The position numbers and the translations under genes are program-made. 64,000 bases of DNA from Laetmonice hystrix. Lineage: Eukaryota. Shown piece after piece: positions 62,038 through 64,000 of this stretch (within the stretch, counting starts at the first letter, position 1; the number at the start of each line of letters is the position of its first letter). The notes below the pieces were generated by a model, which saw only the letters and a program-made list of their open reading frames with translations, searched no databases and was not told the DNA's origin. Where the stretch lies: positions 49,664,001-49,728,000 of the forward strand of contig OZ249436.1 of the NCBI GenBank assembly GCA_965235115.1, read 5' to 3'.

Positions 62038-63933
62038 ATGTCAAGCAGCCAAAAGAACTAGGGTCTCCAAAGAGCCAGGGAGCCAAGCCAAGTGAGCAGG
62101 CTGCGATGGCTAACAGTCGGCCTGGAGTGGTCAACTCCCCCCGGCCTGCCCAGGTCTTCACCAATGGCCAGTTAGAATCACACACAGGTCATTATCAAAT
62201 AAACAACCAGCAACAACAACAGCTGACACAACACCAGCAAACCTGGCAGCAACAACAGCTGACACACCAGCAGCAACAACAGCAGACACAGCAACAGCAG
62301 CAGACGCAACACCAGCAAACCTGGCAGCAACAACAGCAGACGCCACACCAGCAAGCCTGGCAACAACAACAACAGACACAACACCAGCAAACCTGGCAGC
62401 AACAACAACAGATGCAACACCAGCAAACCTGGCAACAACAACAGATGCAACACCAGCAAACCTGGCAACAACAACAGACACAACAGCAGCAAACCTGGCA
62501 ACAACAACAGCAGACACAACATCAGCAAACCTGGCAACAACAACAGCAGACACAACATCAGCAAACCTGGCAACAACCACAGCAGACTCAACACCAGCAA
62601 ACCTGGCAACAACCACAGCAGCAAACCTTGCAACAACAGCAGCAAACACTGCAGCAAGCGCAGCAGCAGCAGCAGCAGCAGCAGATGGTACATCAACTGG
62701 CCAACAGAAACACGTCCCAACCAGTTCAACCATTGTTGACTCCTCGACCCAACCATCGTAACGATCTACAGGGTGGGATCAGTTACGTCAGTGTGGGGCC
62801 ACTTCAGGGAACAGCCTTGTCCCCCAGGCACGGTACACCAAACCTCAGCCAGCAGACGCCACATCCGATGTCCCCTCGTAGTAGTACCCCTCTACCCCCT
62901 ATAGAATCCAAGGGTGGAATGTCGCCCCCTGGTCAGGAGGGAGTTCAAACCTTCCCATTAGACCACTCCCATGAGTTTGGCCTCGTCTGTCAGAACTGCC
63001 TGATACACACCATGTCCAAAGGTCAGTACCTCATCGATTTGAAACTCCGGCACCAATGTAGGGAGGACACTCTACTTGTGCGTGGAAAGGGGGAGAAGGT
63101 TTGGAGACGGGTTCGGGAGCGCCTCAAACATCGCAATTTTGTTGGGCGTTATGTGCTTTGCCGGAACTACACAAATAGAAACCCCAACATATTGTGCAAT
63201 TATGGCGAGGAACTCTGCAGCTTTGCTCACAATCGAGAGGAACAGTTTCTCTGGGGCTTGGAGAAGGATGGCACTTTTAACATACAAGCTTTTATCATAG
63301 GGAACCGTTCTGATGGAAAGCAGAAGGGATTCCGGCCAGAAGAACTCTTCCGCAAACACCCTGGATCACTGTGTTTCATCTGTGGTGGTTGTTTCTACAG
63401 CCATCCGTGCCGTGTTAGTGTTCATCATTCACAATCTGGGCTCTGCACTGGTAACCTTCATATCTGGAACCAGAACAAACTTCTTGTCCATGTCAACATC
63501 AGTGGAACCATCACGCCAATCATGCCACGCCCGTTTGAACACAAAAAAGCGTACTTCTTACTTTGTGACCATCAGCAGTTCTGCCGAAGACGACAGGCGA
63601 ATAGATGCCATTTTGCTCACAGCAACATAGAGAGAGACGTATGGAATGTGGAACGTGACTCGGATCTGTCTCGTGAGAACCTAGTGGCTGAGTCGGATGC
63701 TCACTTCGCCCGTCTCGTCCAAGAGAGAGAGCAGCAACAACAGCAGCAGCAGCAACAGCAGCAGCCGTCGACCACAAGCCCCCTAGGTTCTGGGACAGAA
63801 GCCGTCAGGCCAGGGACCACAGCCTTACCACCTGTACTAGTCAAGTGTCCCTACCGTGTTCTTGAGGTGTGTGAGCTGTGCTGGAAACAAGGGACGCGCC
63901 GCACTCAGAAAGGTGATCGCTGCAACGGACCGG
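62038..63933 (+). CDS. ZC3H7: ZC3H7-like gene, large exon: Gln-rich repeat plus two further CxxC/CCCH modules; gene continues beyond the window
   Basis: ttttctaag|...CCGG|gtgagt; phase 1->1, in frame with ORF 62106-63959; YVLCRNY...CNYGEELCSFAHNREEQFLW and FLLCDHQQFC...CHFAHSNIERDVW. Confidence 0.9.
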
Positions 63934-64000
63934 GTGAGTATCGTTCTTACACTGGATAGGCTGCCGTAATATGTACACCAGAGAATCAAGTTAGAAAAAC

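Noticed and set aside
62158..62756. Antisense poly-Leu and Ala/Val ORFs
   Set aside because: Reverse-strand shadows of the CAA/CAG repeat.

Overview
Eukaryotic (invertebrate-animal-like) genomic DNA with GT-AG introns and many non-autonomous transposons and minisatellites. Two + strand genes were reconstructed by hand from splice sites and reading phases. (1) The 3' part of a neuregulin-like EGF-receptor-family ligand (16527-27402): second half of an Ig domain, EGF domain, neuregulin-type transmembrane exon, and a long disordered tail with HSDR repeats and a C-terminal TPV motif. Its 5' exons were not found and probably lie upstream of the window. (2) The 5' part of a TPR + repeated CCCH zinc-finger gene, ZC3H7/RoXaN-like (ATG 43483, running off the window). 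The main observation is that the neuregulin EGF C-loop is encoded by two frame-incompatible alternative exons (21901-21977 and 23436-23506), resembling the vertebrate NRG1 alpha/beta switch. Two crossing long-range intronic complementarities would each loop out one exon, and Nova-type and Fox-type motifs lie next to them. Other notable items are three CCAAT pairs spaced 31-32 bp in the neuregulin intron, a three-tier nested transposon stack, a 52-bp satellite with a ~1.26-kb higher-order repeat, and twin hairpins in a small intron. All gene models and pairings are unverified predictions made by eye.
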